Below are positions 11,223-22,017 of a stretch of 57,906 nt of DNA, piece by piece. A program made the translations under genes and the position numbers. Under the pieces are notes generated by a model that worked only from the letters and a program-made list of their open reading frames with translations, did not search any database and was not told the origin of the DNA. The stretch spans positions 1 to 57,906 of the forward strand of contig NEUQ01000001.1 of NCBI GenBank assembly GCA_002288445.1, given 5' to 3'. The DNA is from Verrucomicrobiia bacterium Tous-C2TDCM. GTDB lineage: Bacteria; Verrucomicrobiota; Verrucomicrobiia; Verrucomicrobiales; DEV007. Every line of letters starts with the position of its first letter. The first letter of the stretch is position 1.

Positions 11223-11729
11223 ATGATTTCCCGGTTTTTCCACTTCATTCTGGTTGTTTTTGCCGTCTTTGGTCCCGCGATCGACGCGGCCCCTCTCACC
11301 AGCAATGACCTCCGCCGACTTGGCTACAGCGGCAACTATCGTGGTGATGTCGAAGGCAACATCGCGATTCGAGACGGTTCGGGCTTCGACACCTTCCGGG
11401 TCAATCAGGGTGACAACGAGCAGCTCCCGCCCCGAAATCGTTCGGTTGTCACCGGGCCCTCGGGTCGCAACGGCTTTTTCCTCAACCTCCAGAAGATCAC
11501 CGGCAACGAGCGTCGTGCCACGATTCGGTTCTATTATTCGGGCATTTCCCGGAATCCCGATTACGACGAGGACACCGTCGGCAGTGGGGTGAAAATCCTC
11601 AAGATCCAGCGCCGCGGCACCTCGCGTCCCCAATTCGAGATGAGGCTCACCGACAAGCTCGACGAGCGTGCTGCCGATGACGGTGAATACCTCACCAGCT
11701 GGCGGATTCGCGGTCTGCTCTTCAAGTGA
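11223..11729 (+). CDS. Secreted hypothetical protein, paralog 2 of a tandem pair
   Basis: Signal peptide; full-length similarity to 10611..11132. Confidence 0.8.
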   Translation: MISRFFHFILVVFAVFGPAIDAAPLTSNDLRRLGYSGNYRGDVEGNIAIRDGSGFDTFRVNQGDNEQLPPRNRSVVTGPSGRNGFFLNLQKITGNERRATIRFYYSGISRNPDYDEDTVGSGVKILKIQRRGTSRPQFEMRLTDKLDERAADDGEYLTSWRIRGLLFK

Positions 11730-11820
11730 ACGGCGGGCGGTTGCGGGACGCCACTTTTCCCCCGAAGATGCCCGAGCATTTCCCGGCCATCGCGATGGCG
11801 CCGGGCCCCCCTTTCCGCCC

Positions 11821-13422
11821 ATGAGCCGATCCGTCCTCCTTGCCCCCCTTGCCTGCCTACTCGTCCTCACGTCGTCTGTTCGTGCTGTCGAAGAGAACGC
11901 CGCGAACGCTTCGCGCCCGAATCTCGTATTTTTCTTCTGCGACGACCTCGCGACTCAGGCCATCAGCGCCTATGGACACGAGCTGAAACTACTCGAGACG
12001 CCGAACATGGATCGTCTCGCCAAGGAGGGGATGCTCTTCCAGCGCTGCGTCGTGCCGAACTCGATTTGTGGTCCGAGCCGCGCCGTCATTCAGACGGGCA
12101 AGTACAGCCATCTCAACGGCTTCTACCACAACAACAGCCGTTTCGATGGATCGCAGCCGACCTTTCCGAAGCTGCTCCAGGGCGCCGGCTACCAGACCGC
12201 CGTGATCGGGAAGTGGCACCTTGTCAGCGATCCGCAGGGTTTCGACCACTGGCACATCCTTCCGGGCCAGGGCGCTTACTACAATCCGCCGATGATCCGC
12301 GATGGCGAGCAGGTGAAGCATACCGGCTACACCACGGACCTCATCAGTGAGTTTTCGACCGAGTGGGTGAGGAACCGCGACAAAACGAAGCCATTCCTCC
12401 TCATGAGCCAGCACAAGGCCCCGCACCGCGAGTGGGCACCGGCTTTGCGACATCTCGGGTGGAATGGCGAGCGAGAGTTTCCCGAGCCGAAGACCCTCTT
12501 CGACGACTACTCCGGTCGCGGCATCGCCGAGCTCGAGCAGGACATGACCCTCGCCAAGACGTTCACCGAGCGCGATGCCAAGCTCGTCCCGACGCCGGGT
12601 CTCACTCCCGAACAACTTGCGACATGGAACGCCTACTACGAGCCGCGAAATGCCGTCGTTGCCGAGCTCAGCGGAGAGGCGCTGGTGCGCTGGCGTTACC
12701 AGCGTTACATGCACGATTATCTTGGTACGGTCAAAGCCGTGGACGAGGCGATGGGCGCCTTGTTGGACACGCTCGAGGCCGAGGGTATTGTCGATGAGAC
12801 CCTCGTGATCCTTTCCTCCGACCAGGGATTTTACCTCGGCGAACACGGCTGGTTCGACAAGCGTTGGATCTACGAGGAGTCGCTCACCACTCCGCTCCTA
12901 GCCCGCTGGCCCGGTAAGATCGCTCCCGGCACCCGCGGCGAGGGGATGGTCTCGATCATCGACTTTCCCGAGACTTTCCTGGAAGCTGCGGGACTCCCCG
13001 TTCCCGACGACATGCAGGGACGGAGCCTCGTGCCCTTCTTCCAATCGGGCGGCAAAGCTCCCGCCGGCTGGCGCACGAGCTTCTACTACCACTACTATGA
13101 GTTTCCGGGGGCGCACAGCGTGCGGAAGCATTATGGCGTCGTCACCGACCGCTACAAGCTCTTCCACTTCTACGAACCCGAGACCAACTACTGGACCCTG
13201 ATCGATCGCAAGAGCGATCCTGACGAGATGACCAATGTCTACGGCAACGCCGATTATGCGGCGGTGCAGGGGGAATTGCATGCCGAGCTGAATCGACTTC
13301 GCGCCGAGCTGAGGGTACCCGATCGGGACGCCCCTGAGTCCCTGATGCGGCCCGTCCAAGGCCAGGTCCAAGGCGGAAAGGGCCGGGGCAAGGGTAAAGC
13401 AAAGGCAAAGGCCGCTGAGTGA
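11821..13422 (+). CDS. Secreted Cys-type (formylglycine) sulfatase
   Basis: Signal peptide, FFCDD, CGPSRA, GKWH, SDQG, EHGWFDKR. Confidence 0.93.
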   Translation: MSRSVLLAPLACLLVLTSSVRAVEENAANASRPNLVFFFCDDLATQAISAYGHELKLLETPNMDRLAKEGMLFQRCVVPNSICGPSRAVIQTGKYSHLNGFYHNNSRFDGSQPTFPKLLQGAGYQTAVIGKWHLVSDPQGFDHWHILPGQGAYYNPPMIRDGEQVKHTGYTTDLISEFSTEWVRNRDKTKPFLLMSQHKAPHREWAPALRHLGWNGEREFPEPKTLFDDYSGRGIAELEQDMTLAKTFTERDAKLVPTPGLTPEQLATWNAYYEPRNAVVAELSGEALVRWRYQRYMHDYLGTVKAVDEAMGALLDTLEAEGIVDETLVILSSDQGFYLGEHGWFDKRWIYEESLTTPLLARWPGKIAPGTRGEGMVSIIDFPETFLEAAGLPVPDDMQGRSLVPFFQSGGKAPAGWRTSFYYHYYEFPGAHSVRKHYGVVTDRYKLFHFYEPETNYWTLIDRKSDPDEMTNVYGNADYAAVQGELHAELNRLRAELRVPDRDAPESLMRPVQGQVQGGKGRGKGKAKAKAAE

Positions 13423-13471
13423 TTCCGGTTCTTTGCCGGGCTCCGGCGGGGCGGGCTGATCACCCCGACCC

Positions 13472-13509
13472 AAAAGAAAACCCCGACCAGGTCGTTCCCG
13501 GACGGGGTT
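13472..13509 (-). terminator. Intrinsic terminator of amt
   Basis: - strand reads AACCCCG-T-CCGGG-aacga-CCTGG-T-CGGGGTT followed by TTCTTTT. Confidence 0.75.
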
Positions 13510-13534
13510 GGCCCGAAGGCGATTGGAGGAAGGC

Positions 13535-14830
13535 TCAGTCGTTGTAGGCGTTCTCGCCGTGAGCCGATTGATCGAGTCCGATCCATTCTTCCTCCTCCGT
13601 GACCCGAAGTCCGCCGCACACGACGCGGACCACGGCGAGGATGAGGAAGGTGACGATGCCGGTATAGACGATCGTCAAGACCGACGCGAGGATCTGGACC
13701 CCGAGTTGTTTGCCGAGCGAGAGTTCGCCGCCGAAGAGCGAAGAGCCAACCACCGCGGCGAGCAGCGTGCCGATGAGGCCGCCGACTCCGTGGACGCCGA
13801 CGACATCCAGCGAGTCATCGAAGCCGATGGCCTTCTTCAGTCGCATCGAAGCCCACCAGCAACCGAGGCCTGAACAGGCTCCGATCAGCAGGGCGCCAGC
13901 CGGCGTGGCCACCCCCGAGGCCGGAGTGATCGCGGCGAGTCCGGCGATTGCACCCGTCGCAATGCCGAGGACGGTCGGTTTCTTCTCCACGCACCAGTCG
14001 ATCAGCATCCAGACCACGCCACCGGTCGCTGCGGAAAGATGGGTGACGAAAAGGGTCATGGCCGCGGCGTCGCTCGCGCCACCTTGGCTGCCCGCATTGA
14101 AGCCGAACCAGCCGACCCAAAGCATCGCCGTGCCGGTCACGGTCATCGGCAGGTTGTGGGGCGGTGTCGGATGATTGCGTTTGCCAACCATGATACAGGC
14201 GACGAGGGCTCCGACCCCTGCGGTGATGTGCACCACGATGCCGCCGGCGAGGTCGATGACCTTCCAACGGGTGAAAAGAGAGACGTTCTCCTCTCCGCCG
14301 CCGAACCAGGTGATGTGGCAGATCGGCACGTAGACGAGCAGAGCCCAGAGCACCGAGAAGAGCAACATCGCGGGGAACTTGATCCGCTCGACAAAGGTTC
14401 CCACCATCAGGGCCGGCGTGATGATGAAGAAAGTCATCTGGAACGCAGAGGTGAGGATCCCGTCTGGCGCGACCCCGCGGTGCATCAGGTTTCCGAGGCC
14501 GCCAGTCCAGCCGCCTTTTTCACCAATCGAGAGCGAATAGCCGCACACGAGCCAGACGATGCTGAGGATGCAGGCAAGAGCGAAACAATGCATCAGCACG
14601 CTGAGGACGTTCTTCTTGCTGACGAGACCGCCGTAAAAGAGGGCGAGCCCAGGGAGGGTCATGAAGAGGACGAGCGCGGTCGAGGTCAGCATCCAGGCAT
14701 TGTTGCCGATCGTCGCGGCTGCCTCGGCCGTGAGCGGAGGATCCTCGGCCCGGACCACGGAGGCAAAGGCAAGGGATAGGAGAACGAGTGCGCCGGATAG
14801 ACCCGGCGCCCGGGATGGGGGTTTAGTCAT
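13535..14830 (-). CDS. amtB: Ammonium transporter
   Basis: PGLALFYGGLV, FQMTF, DLAGGIVVH, GWFGFNAGS, DDSLDVVGVHG; both pore histidines are present. Confidence 0.95.
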   Translation of the reverse strand: MTKPPSRAPGLSGALVLLSLAFASVVRAEDPPLTAEAAATIGNNAWMLTSTALVLFMTLPGLALFYGGLVSKKNVLSVLMHCFALACILSIVWLVCGYSLSIGEKGGWTGGLGNLMHRGVAPDGILTSAFQMTFFIITPALMVGTFVERIKFPAMLLFSVLWALLVYVPICHITWFGGGEENVSLFTRWKVIDLAGGIVVHITAGVGALVACIMVGKRNHPTPPHNLPMTVTGTAMLWVGWFGFNAGSQGGASDAAAMTLFVTHLSAATGGVVWMLIDWCVEKKPTVLGIATGAIAGLAAITPASGVATPAGALLIGACSGLGCWWASMRLKKAIGFDDSLDVVGVHGVGGLIGTLLAAVVGSSLFGGELSLGKQLGVQILASVLTIVYTGIVTFLILAVVRVVCGGLRVTEEEEWIGLDQSAHGENAYND

Positions 14831-14969
14831 GTCGATGGGGGGTGGTTGGGATTTTGAATGTCCCCCGCCTCGAAGACAGCGCCGAAGGAAGGAAGACCGG
14901 TCGATACAAAGGCCGACGGTCTCCCATGGACGGAGCCGAAATCAAGACACGGGGGAGGGCAGGGGAGAC

Positions 14970-14986
14970 AGCATTATTTGTGCCAA
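14970..14986 (-). promoter_or_regulatory. Sigma-54 (-24/-12) promoter of amt
   Basis: - strand TTGGCAC-AAATA-ATGCT, with exact GG-N10-GC spacing, ~140 bp upstream of amt. Confidence 0.75.
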
Positions 14987-15024
14987 GTCTTCCACTCAAG
15001 TCGCTGAGAGTGAGCGCGAAAGCC

Positions 15025-16539
15025 TCATTTTCGGTAAAAGATCTCCGGAAAGGAAGTTTCTTCAGGACCGCCTGGTTTCCGCCAAGGGAAAACTTCCCCG
15101 CGATCCCGGAGCAGGGGCAGGTTTTCCCCGCCCGTCTCTTCGAGCAGGTCGAAGAGGCGCGTGTTCATCTCGCGGACGCGATCCTGATGGGCGGCCTCGA
15201 GGACGAGATTGGTCTGCTCGTGCGGATCGTTCTCGAGATCGTAGAGCTCGCCGATGTCCCAGATCCCGTGGGGCCTGACATACTTCCAACGCTCGCCGAC
15301 GAGTCCGTGCATCGTCGGCGTCTGCGGGTAGTTCTGCTCCCAGTAGTATTCGTAGAGGATCTCCTCGCGCCACCCTTCCCGCTTGCCCTGCAGAAGCGGC
15401 AGGAAACTGCGTCCGTCGAAGCGTTTCGCCGCATCGTCCGGCAAAGCGCCCGCGATTTCGAGCAGGGTCGGGGCGATGTCAATATTCGCGACCGTCTCTC
15501 GCACCACCGTGCCGGCGGGGATGAGTTCGGGGCAAAACATCAGCAACGGCACGCGGATTGAGGCCTCGTGGGCGGTCCGCTTGTCGATCAGCCCGTGTTC
15601 GCCGAATTGGAACCCGTTGTCGCCCATGTAGACGACGAGCGTGCGCTCGAGGCGCCCTTTACTTTCGAGCCAATCGAGGACGCGGGCGACATTTTCATCC
15701 ACCGCGAGGAGCGCTTCCATGTAGCGGCGGTAATAGGCTGCCAAGTCGAAATCGGGCAGGTTGTAGCCGTAGCCGACGCCGTGCCGACTGTTGCGCTGAT
15801 CAAGCACCCACCTCGGCCAACGCCCCGGATTGCCCTCGGGTGTGGCTAGGGTCGGGGGAGCGGGAAAGGGCTCTTTCTCGTATCGGCCGCGGTGGCGATC
15901 GTGGGGGACGAAGTCCGAGTGAACTGCCTTGTGCGAGAGGTATAGAAAGAGTGGTTTATCAGGATCGCGCGCGCCGAGCCATTCCAGCGCCATGTCGGTG
16001 AGTTCATCGGTGATGTAACCTTGCTGCGGTTTGCGTTCGCCGTTGATGTTGAAACCGTCGAGGGTCGTCTGGGGCACGACGCGCGAGGTGCCGCGTCCGT
16101 CCGGCCAGTAGGTGCCCTGCCCCTTGAACACTGCCCAGTGGTCGAACCCACGCTGAGGCGTGTCGGTCTCGCCCATGTGCCATTTCCCGAAAAAAGCCGT
16201 CTCGTATCCCGCCTGCTGGAGGAGTTGGGGGAAAAAGACGAGATCGGGTGAGACAGGATGGTAATTGTCGACAACGCGATGCTTGTGCGCGTAAAGCCCG
16301 GTGAGGATGCTTGCCCGGCTCGGAGAGCAGAGCGAGGTGGTCACCATCGCCTTCGGGAAGTGGGCCCCACCCTTGGCGAGACGGTCGAGTCCCGGAGTCT
16401 CGAGCCAGGGATGACCAAGGAAACCCATCGCATCGAAACGATGGTCGTCCGCGAGGAGGAACAGGATGTCCCGCGGACGGGCAGTGGCCGGAGCCGGGAG
16501 AACAGCGAGGAGGGAAAGGCTGAAAACAAGGGCACGCAT
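15025..16539 (-). CDS. Secreted Cys-type sulfatase
   Basis: Signal peptide, LLADDHR, CSPSRA, GKWH, GDNG, EHGLIDKR. Confidence 0.93.
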   Translation of the reverse strand: MRALVFSLSLLAVLPAPATARPRDILFLLADDHRFDAMGFLGHPWLETPGLDRLAKGGAHFPKAMVTTSLCSPSRASILTGLYAHKHRVVDNYHPVSPDLVFFPQLLQQAGYETAFFGKWHMGETDTPQRGFDHWAVFKGQGTYWPDGRGTSRVVPQTTLDGFNINGERKPQQGYITDELTDMALEWLGARDPDKPLFLYLSHKAVHSDFVPHDRHRGRYEKEPFPAPPTLATPEGNPGRWPRWVLDQRNSRHGVGYGYNLPDFDLAAYYRRYMEALLAVDENVARVLDWLESKGRLERTLVVYMGDNGFQFGEHGLIDKRTAHEASIRVPLLMFCPELIPAGTVVRETVANIDIAPTLLEIAGALPDDAAKRFDGRSFLPLLQGKREGWREEILYEYYWEQNYPQTPTMHGLVGERWKYVRPHGIWDIGELYDLENDPHEQTNLVLEAAHQDRVREMNTRLFDLLEETGGENLPLLRDRGEVFPWRKPGGPEETSFPEIFYRK

Positions 16540-16646
16540 GGTGGGGCGGATCGCGAATCCTAGCCTTCCGGGCCCGCCGAGGGAAGACGGAAAAGCGTCC
16601 TCCCGCAAGCTTGCCAGGCGGGAGGATTTTGGAGCATCGTTGAGGA

Positions 16647-17657
16647 ATGTTGAGATCGCTCTTTCTCCCCCTTTTTTTCTTCGCCGCGACGCTCCGGGCC
16701 GCGGAACCGGTGCGGCTGATCTTCGACACCGACATTACCGGCGACGTTGATGATGTTCTTGCCCTAGCCATGTGCCACACACTTTCCGACCGGGGAGCCT
16801 GCCAGCTGATCGGAGTGACCATCTCCAAGGACAACCCGCGCACCGCCTCCTTCGTCGATGCCCAGAACACCTGGTATGGCCGTCCCGGCCTGCCTGTCGG
16901 CGTCACTCGTGATCCGCAGGCGCAGCGGCGCGAGAGCAAATACCTCGAGCTGGCCGATTCACCCGATTATCCCCACGATCTGCGCGACAACTCCTCGGCC
17001 CGCGAGGCCGTCGATCTTCTCCGCGAACTCCTCGCCACCTCGACCGACGGCAGTGTCACGATCGTCTCGGTGGGGATTGCCTCGAACCTCGCGAACCTTC
17101 TCAAGTCTGCAGGCGACGCTCATTCGCCTCTCGACGGTCCCGCCCTGATCCGGCAGAAGGTGAAGCGCCTTTCGATCATGGCCGGCGCCTTCACCTTTGC
17201 CAACGGCACGAACTACCATCTCGAGGCGAATGTCATCAACGGCATCGGCTACATGCAGACCGTCGCGGAGCAATGGCCCGAGGAGGTGCCGGTGTTCTGG
17301 AGTGGCTACGAGATCGGTGAAAACCTGCCCTTCCCCCGCAGGAGCGTGGCCGAGGATTTCGACTACCACGAAAAGCACCTCGTTCGCGAGGCTTACCTCC
17401 TCCACAGCGGTCCCGAGCACGATCGTCCTTGCTGGGATCAGAGTAGCCTGCTCGAGGCGGTTTTTCCTGATCGCGGATACTTCGGCCTCTCTGCTCTAGG
17501 GCGTGTCTCGGTGGGCGATGATGGTTTCACCCGCTTTCATCCTTCGGGCAAGGATGGCAAGGGGAGCCGGCGCGATCGTTTCCTGAGGATGAATCCCGAG
17601 CAGCGGGCCCGCGCCCTTGAGGCCATCGTTCAGCTCACCGTGCAGCCACCGCGATGA
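16647..17657 (+). CDS. Secreted nucleoside hydrolase (IU-NH) family protein
   Basis: Signal peptide and the N-terminal DTDITGDVDD aspartate motif. Confidence 0.82.
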   Translation: MLRSLFLPLFFFAATLRAAEPVRLIFDTDITGDVDDVLALAMCHTLSDRGACQLIGVTISKDNPRTASFVDAQNTWYGRPGLPVGVTRDPQAQRRESKYLELADSPDYPHDLRDNSSAREAVDLLRELLATSTDGSVTIVSVGIASNLANLLKSAGDAHSPLDGPALIRQKVKRLSIMAGAFTFANGTNYHLEANVINGIGYMQTVAEQWPEEVPVFWSGYEIGENLPFPRRSVAEDFDYHEKHLVREAYLLHSGPEHDRPCWDQSSLLEAVFPDRGYFGLSALGRVSVGDDGFTRFHPSGKDGKGSRRDRFLRMNPEQRARALEAIVQLTVQPPR

Positions 17658-18889
17658 AAGCGATCCTTTTCCTCGGTCTGCTGTGGCTAAACCTTCTCCA
17701 CGCCGCCGAGCTGCGTGTTTCGACCGATTTCGACGGCGGTTCGGCGACGATCGACGCGATTGACCAAGGACGGCGCGAGATCTGGATCCGTCCCGGCGGA
17801 AATCCTGCGCGGGGTTGGCCGTGTTGGTGGTTTGTCAGGATCGACGGCCTTGCTGCCGGTGAGACAGCGACGCTCGTCCTGCGCGGTAGCGAGCGCTCCG
17901 CCCGTAACAACGGAAAGGACACCGGCAAGCCCCTCTCTTCCGATTGGGCCATGCCGATCGCCGCAACCGTCTCGGACGATGGGGGGAGCTGGCGGCAAAC
18001 CGGGCTTGGCAAGCGCGAGACGGATCGAATCTCCTACCCGCTCGAAGGCACCGGTGGTCCGCTCTGGGTCGCTTGGGGACCGCCCTTCACCCCGCGCGAG
18101 ACCGAGGCCTTGTTGACCGAGGCGGAACGGGCCCGGCCGGATTTCGCCAAACCCTTGACCCTCGCCACTACCCGAGAAGGCCGACCGGTTCGTGCGTTGC
18201 AGATCGTCGCTGCGGGCAAAATAAAGGAGAAACCGGCCGTCTGGATCCACGCCCGGCAGCACGCCTGGGAGAGCGGCTCCTCGTGGGTGGCACGGGGATT
18301 CGTGGAATGGCTCCTCTCGGACGTTGAGGAGGCCGAACAACTCCGGGAGCGGGCCCAGATCGTGATCGTGCCAATCATGGACGTCGATCGCGTTGTCACC
18401 GGCGACGGGGGCAAGGAGGCGGCCCCACACGATCACAATCGCGACTGGCATCAGGCTCCTCATTATCCGGAGGTGGCGGCGGCGCAGGATTGTCTGAGGG
18501 CGTTCGCCGCCGAAGGGCGCCTTGCCGTCGTGCTCGATCTGCACAATCCCGCTTCACGTGATCTGCGCCCTTTCTTTTTTGTCGGACCTCCCGACCTGCT
18601 CTCCGAGAAAGCCCGTGGGAACCGCGAACGCTTTCTGGGACTCGCTGCCGGTCACCTCACCGGTCCTCTGATCCTCGATCCGAAACCCCGTGTCACCGGG
18701 GCGAGCTATCATCCGCTCTGGCGCCGCATCAGCGGACAGTGGGTGAATGATCACGGCAACGATCACACCCTCGCGGCCTGTCTCGAGACCTCCTGGAACA
18801 CCCGGCACAGCAACACCGGTGGCTATCGCACCGTCGGTCGGCAACTCGGTGCGGCGATCGCGGCCTACCTCTTGTCGCCGGGGCCCTGA
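17654..18889 (+). CDS. Secreted M14-family zinc carboxypeptidase
   Basis: HARQHAWE, HNRDW and LDLH motifs; ATGA overlap with the previous gene. Confidence 0.82.
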   Translation: MKAILFLGLLWLNLLHAAELRVSTDFDGGSATIDAIDQGRREIWIRPGGNPARGWPCWWFVRIDGLAAGETATLVLRGSERSARNNGKDTGKPLSSDWAMPIAATVSDDGGSWRQTGLGKRETDRISYPLEGTGGPLWVAWGPPFTPRETEALLTEAERARPDFAKPLTLATTREGRPVRALQIVAAGKIKEKPAVWIHARQHAWESGSSWVARGFVEWLLSDVEEAEQLRERAQIVIVPIMDVDRVVTGDGGKEAAPHDHNRDWHQAPHYPEVAAAQDCLRAFAAEGRLAVVLDLHNPASRDLRPFFFVGPPDLLSEKARGNRERFLGLAAGHLTGPLILDPKPRVTGASYHPLWRRISGQWVNDHGNDHTLAACLETSWNTRHSNTGGYRTVGRQLGAAIAAYLLSPGP

Positions 18890-18934
18890 TTTCCCCTTGC
18901 TGCAAAGAGGTGTTCCGCGTTTGCTGGGGGTCTC

Positions 18935-19555
18935 ATGGCACTCCATCTCGTCGATCACCCCGTCATCCGCGAACGTCTCACCCGGATCCGTTCGGTCGAT
19001 TCGGGAACCGCCGAGTTCCGCGAAGCCCTCCACGATGTCTCTCGTTTGCTTTGCTTCGAGGTGACCCGCGACCTTGAGACCTCGCCGATCCTGGTAACAA
19101 CGCCGTTGGGAGAGACTGCCGGGCACCGCCTCGCCCGCCCCGTCGTGCTTGTGCCCATCTTGCGGGCCGGGCTGGGATTGCTCCGGGGTTTCAGCGAGCT
19201 CCTCGGCGAGGCCTCCGTCGGCACGATCGGACTCTCTCGCGATGAGGAAACTCTCGCGCCACACCGCTACCATTTTCGCATGCCCCCCGACCTTGCCGAG
19301 GCCGAGGTGATCCTGATCGATCCCATGCTCGCGACCGGCGGCAGCGCAAGCGACGCCGTGGATGAGCTCAAGGCCGCCGGGGCCCATCGCCTCCGTTTCG
19401 CCTGTCTCATCGCCGCGCCGGAGGGCGTTTCCGCCTTTACCGCGCGCCATCCGGAAGTGCCCATCTACACCGCTGCACTCGACCAGTGCCTCGACGAGCG
19501 CGCCTATATCGTGCCCGGTCTCGGTGATGCCGGCGATCGTTACTTCGGCACGTGA
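18935..19555 (+). CDS. upp: Uracil phosphoribosyltransferase
   Basis: [28 protein letters not shown]. Confidence 0.96.
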   Translation: MALHLVDHPVIRERLTRIRSVDSGTAEFREALHDVSRLLCFEVTRDLETSPILVTTPLGETAGHRLARPVVLVPILRAGLGLLRGFSELLGEASVGTIGLSRDEETLAPHRYHFRMPPDLAEAEVILIDPMLATGGSASDAVDELKAAGAHRLRFACLIAAPEGVSAFTARHPEVPIYTAALDQCLDERAYIVPGLGDAGDRYFGT

Positions 19556-19568
19556 CGTATCGGTTTGG

Positions 19569-19712
19569 GTGAAGACCAAGCGCGACCTTCCCGCCAAGAT
19601 TTGCCCCGTCTGTCGGCGACCCTTCTCGTGGCGGAAAAAGTGGGAACGCTGCTGGGAGGAGGTGCGCTATTGTTCCGAAAAATGCCGTCGTCACCGCAGC
19701 TCGGCGACGTAA
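19569..19712 (+). CDS. DUF2256-family small Cys protein
   Basis: GTG start; [34 protein letters not shown] matches the family pattern and lies directly upstream of a photolyase. Confidence 0.85.
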   Translation: MKTKRDLPAKICPVCRRPFSWRKKWERCWEEVRYCSEKCRRHRSSAT

Positions 19713-19719
19713 CCCCGGC

Positions 19720-20922
19720 ATGTCCGACTTTCTGCCCACCAACCGGAGCGAAGCTCTCGCCCGTCTCGAGGCTTTCCTTCCGTTCGCGCCCGACTATGGC
19801 GCCGCCCGGAATCACGTGGTCGCCGGGCACGCGAACGTCTCGCGGCTCTCCCCCGCGACCCGCACCCGCGTCCTCCTCGAGAGCGAGATCCTCGCGGCTG
19901 CCCGAGACCGGCATGCGGCTGGGGAGATCGAAAAATTTGAACAGGAAGTCTGGTGGCGTCTTTACTGGAAGGGATGGCTCGAGCAGCGGCCTGATGTCTG
20001 GACTGAGTATCGTGAGGCATTGAAGTCCCTTTCATGGACGAAACGGGCTCGGGAGGTGGTGGTTGGAGAAAGCGGCATTTCCATCCTGGATCATTTCACC
20101 CGGGAGTTGATCGAGACCGGCTACCTCCACAACCACGCCCGGATGTGGTGGGCCTCGTGGTGGATCCATGGCGAGGGTCTTCCTTGGGAGCTTGGCGCGC
20201 AATTTTTCCTGCAGCATCTCCGCGACGGTGATGCCGCGTCGAACACCCTCTCTTGGCGCTGGGTCGCGGGACTCCACACCAGAGGCAAGGCCTATCTGGT
20301 GCGCCGGTCGAACCTTGAGCGCTACCTCGCGGCGGAACTCCTCGCGGAGCATGCCGGGGGAATGGAAAGGCTCGAATCTCCCGCCGTCCGCGAACTGCCT
20401 TGGAAGGAATTGCCTTCCCCCCGCAAGATCGAGTCCGCCGATCCACATCCTGGATCCCGCACCGGGATCTGGATTCACGACGAGGACCTCTCGGTCGAGC
20501 GGTCTCCGCTCTCGGACCTCGAGCCCGTCGCGCTCCTTGCGACCTCGCCGACAGGGATCTGGGAGCGAGAGATCTATTCGCCGGGTAAGTGTTCCTTTCT
20601 CCGCGAGGCGCTCGCCGACGGGGCGGTCCGGGCGGCGCGTCACTTCGGGTTGGACTGCCGCACTCCCGAAACCTCAGATCTCGCCACGGCTCTGGTGGCG
20701 TGGGCCTCGGAAGAGCGGATCGATACCGTGATCGCCCTCAGTCCGTTCACCGGCCCGCTCGCCGAGGAGATTTCCGGAGTCGAGAGCGCACTATCTCGGA
20801 GCGGAGTAAGGCTGAATCTCGTGCGCCGACCCGCTGATGTCGCCGCGATGAACCGGGCGACGGGAGGCTTTTTCGGTTTTTGGGAGAGGGTGCGGGAGAG
20901 TCGGGGCAGAAGCAGGTTTTAA
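19720..20922 (+). CDS. Compact photolyase with inverted domain order (FAD-binding domain first)
   Basis: The N-terminal half has [30 protein letters not shown] and [16 protein letters not shown]. An alpha/beta antenna-like region follows; 400 aa in total. Confidence 0.85.
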   Translation: MSDFLPTNRSEALARLEAFLPFAPDYGAARNHVVAGHANVSRLSPATRTRVLLESEILAAARDRHAAGEIEKFEQEVWWRLYWKGWLEQRPDVWTEYREALKSLSWTKRAREVVVGESGISILDHFTRELIETGYLHNHARMWWASWWIHGEGLPWELGAQFFLQHLRDGDAASNTLSWRWVAGLHTRGKAYLVRRSNLERYLAAELLAEHAGGMERLESPAVRELPWKELPSPRKIESADPHPGSRTGIWIHDEDLSVERSPLSDLEPVALLATSPTGIWEREIYSPGKCSFLREALADGAVRAARHFGLDCRTPETSDLATALVAWASEERIDTVIALSPFTGPLAEEISGVESALSRSGVRLNLVRRPADVAAMNRATGGFFGFWERVRESRGRSRF

Positions 20923-21061
20923 GCCGCGAGATCCGCGCTTCATGCCAGAGTCCGCCCCCAGCGAACCACCTCGCTTCCTCCCGGTGGATCGATTCGATAC
21001 CGGGGAATCGAAAAACCCGCATGACATCGCCCGGTTTTCCGGCATTTTACTCCCCCTCATC

Positions 21062-21949
21062 ATGGCGGACGCAGCAGAAAACCTCCTCAAAATCGGCCTG
21101 CCGAAAGGCAGTCTCTTCGAGCCCACGATGGACCTCTTCGAGAAGGCCGGCTACAACATCCGCGGCGCGGACCGCTCCTACCGGCCCACGGTCGACGACC
21201 CCGAACTCCAGATTCGCCTGATCCGGGCGCAGGAGATCGGACGCTATGTCGACCATGGTTTTCTCGACTGCGGCATTACCGGCAAGGATTGGGTCGCTGA
21301 AAACGGGGCCGACGTCCATGTCGTCTGCGATCTGCAATACAGCCGCGCCACCTCGAATCCGACCCGCTGGGTCCTCGTCGTGCCGAACGATTCCCCGATC
21401 CAGACGGTGAAGGATCTGGAGGGCAAGCGCATCGCAGCCGAGGCTGTCGGGATCGTCGAAAAATACCTCGCTGCCAATGGCGTCAAAGCCGAGGTCGAGT
21501 TCAGCTGGGGAGCCACCGAAGTGAAGGTGCCCGAACTGGTCGATGCCATCGTCGACATCACCGAGACAGGTTCTTCCCTCAGGGCAAACAATCTCCGCAT
21601 CGTTGACGTGCTGATGGAAAGCTACCCCCAGTTCATCGCCCAGAAGAAGTCCTGGAACGACCCGTGGAAGCGCTCCAAGATCGAGCGCCTCGCCGTCCTC
21701 CTGAGGGGCGCGCTGATGGCCCGAAACATGGTCGGGCTGAAGCTGAACCTCCCCGAGAGGGCCCTCGAGGTGGTGTCCGGACTACTACCCTCCCTGCGCA
21801 AACCGACCGTCTCGCGCCTCGCCCAGGAAGGCTGGGTCGCCCTTGAGACCGTCTTGACCGAACTCCAAGTTCGGGAATTGATTCCCCGACTGAAAGAACT
21901 GGGGGCCGAGGGAATCATCGAATATCCCTTGAACAAAGTGATCGAGTGA
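21062..21949 (+). CDS. hisG: ATP phosphoribosyltransferase (long form)
   Basis: [39 protein letters not shown], plus a C-terminal regulatory domain. Confidence 0.95.
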   Translation: MADAAENLLKIGLPKGSLFEPTMDLFEKAGYNIRGADRSYRPTVDDPELQIRLIRAQEIGRYVDHGFLDCGITGKDWVAENGADVHVVCDLQYSRATSNPTRWVLVVPNDSPIQTVKDLEGKRIAAEAVGIVEKYLAANGVKAEVEFSWGATEVKVPELVDAIVDITETGSSLRANNLRIVDVLMESYPQFIAQKKSWNDPWKRSKIERLAVLLRGALMARNMVGLKLNLPERALEVVSGLLPSLRKPTVSRLAQEGWVALETVLTELQVRELIPRLKELGAEGIIEYPLNKVIE

Positions 21950-22017
21950 CCGATACTCCCGACCCGCCCGGCCCAAACCGGGGTTTGCGGCGGATCGAAA
22001 CCTGAGAAATTTTGACT

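Noticed and set aside
14835-14958. Glutamine (glnA-type) riboswitch in the amt leader
   Set aside because: The conserved CGUUCA/GGAAGUA-type elements were not found.
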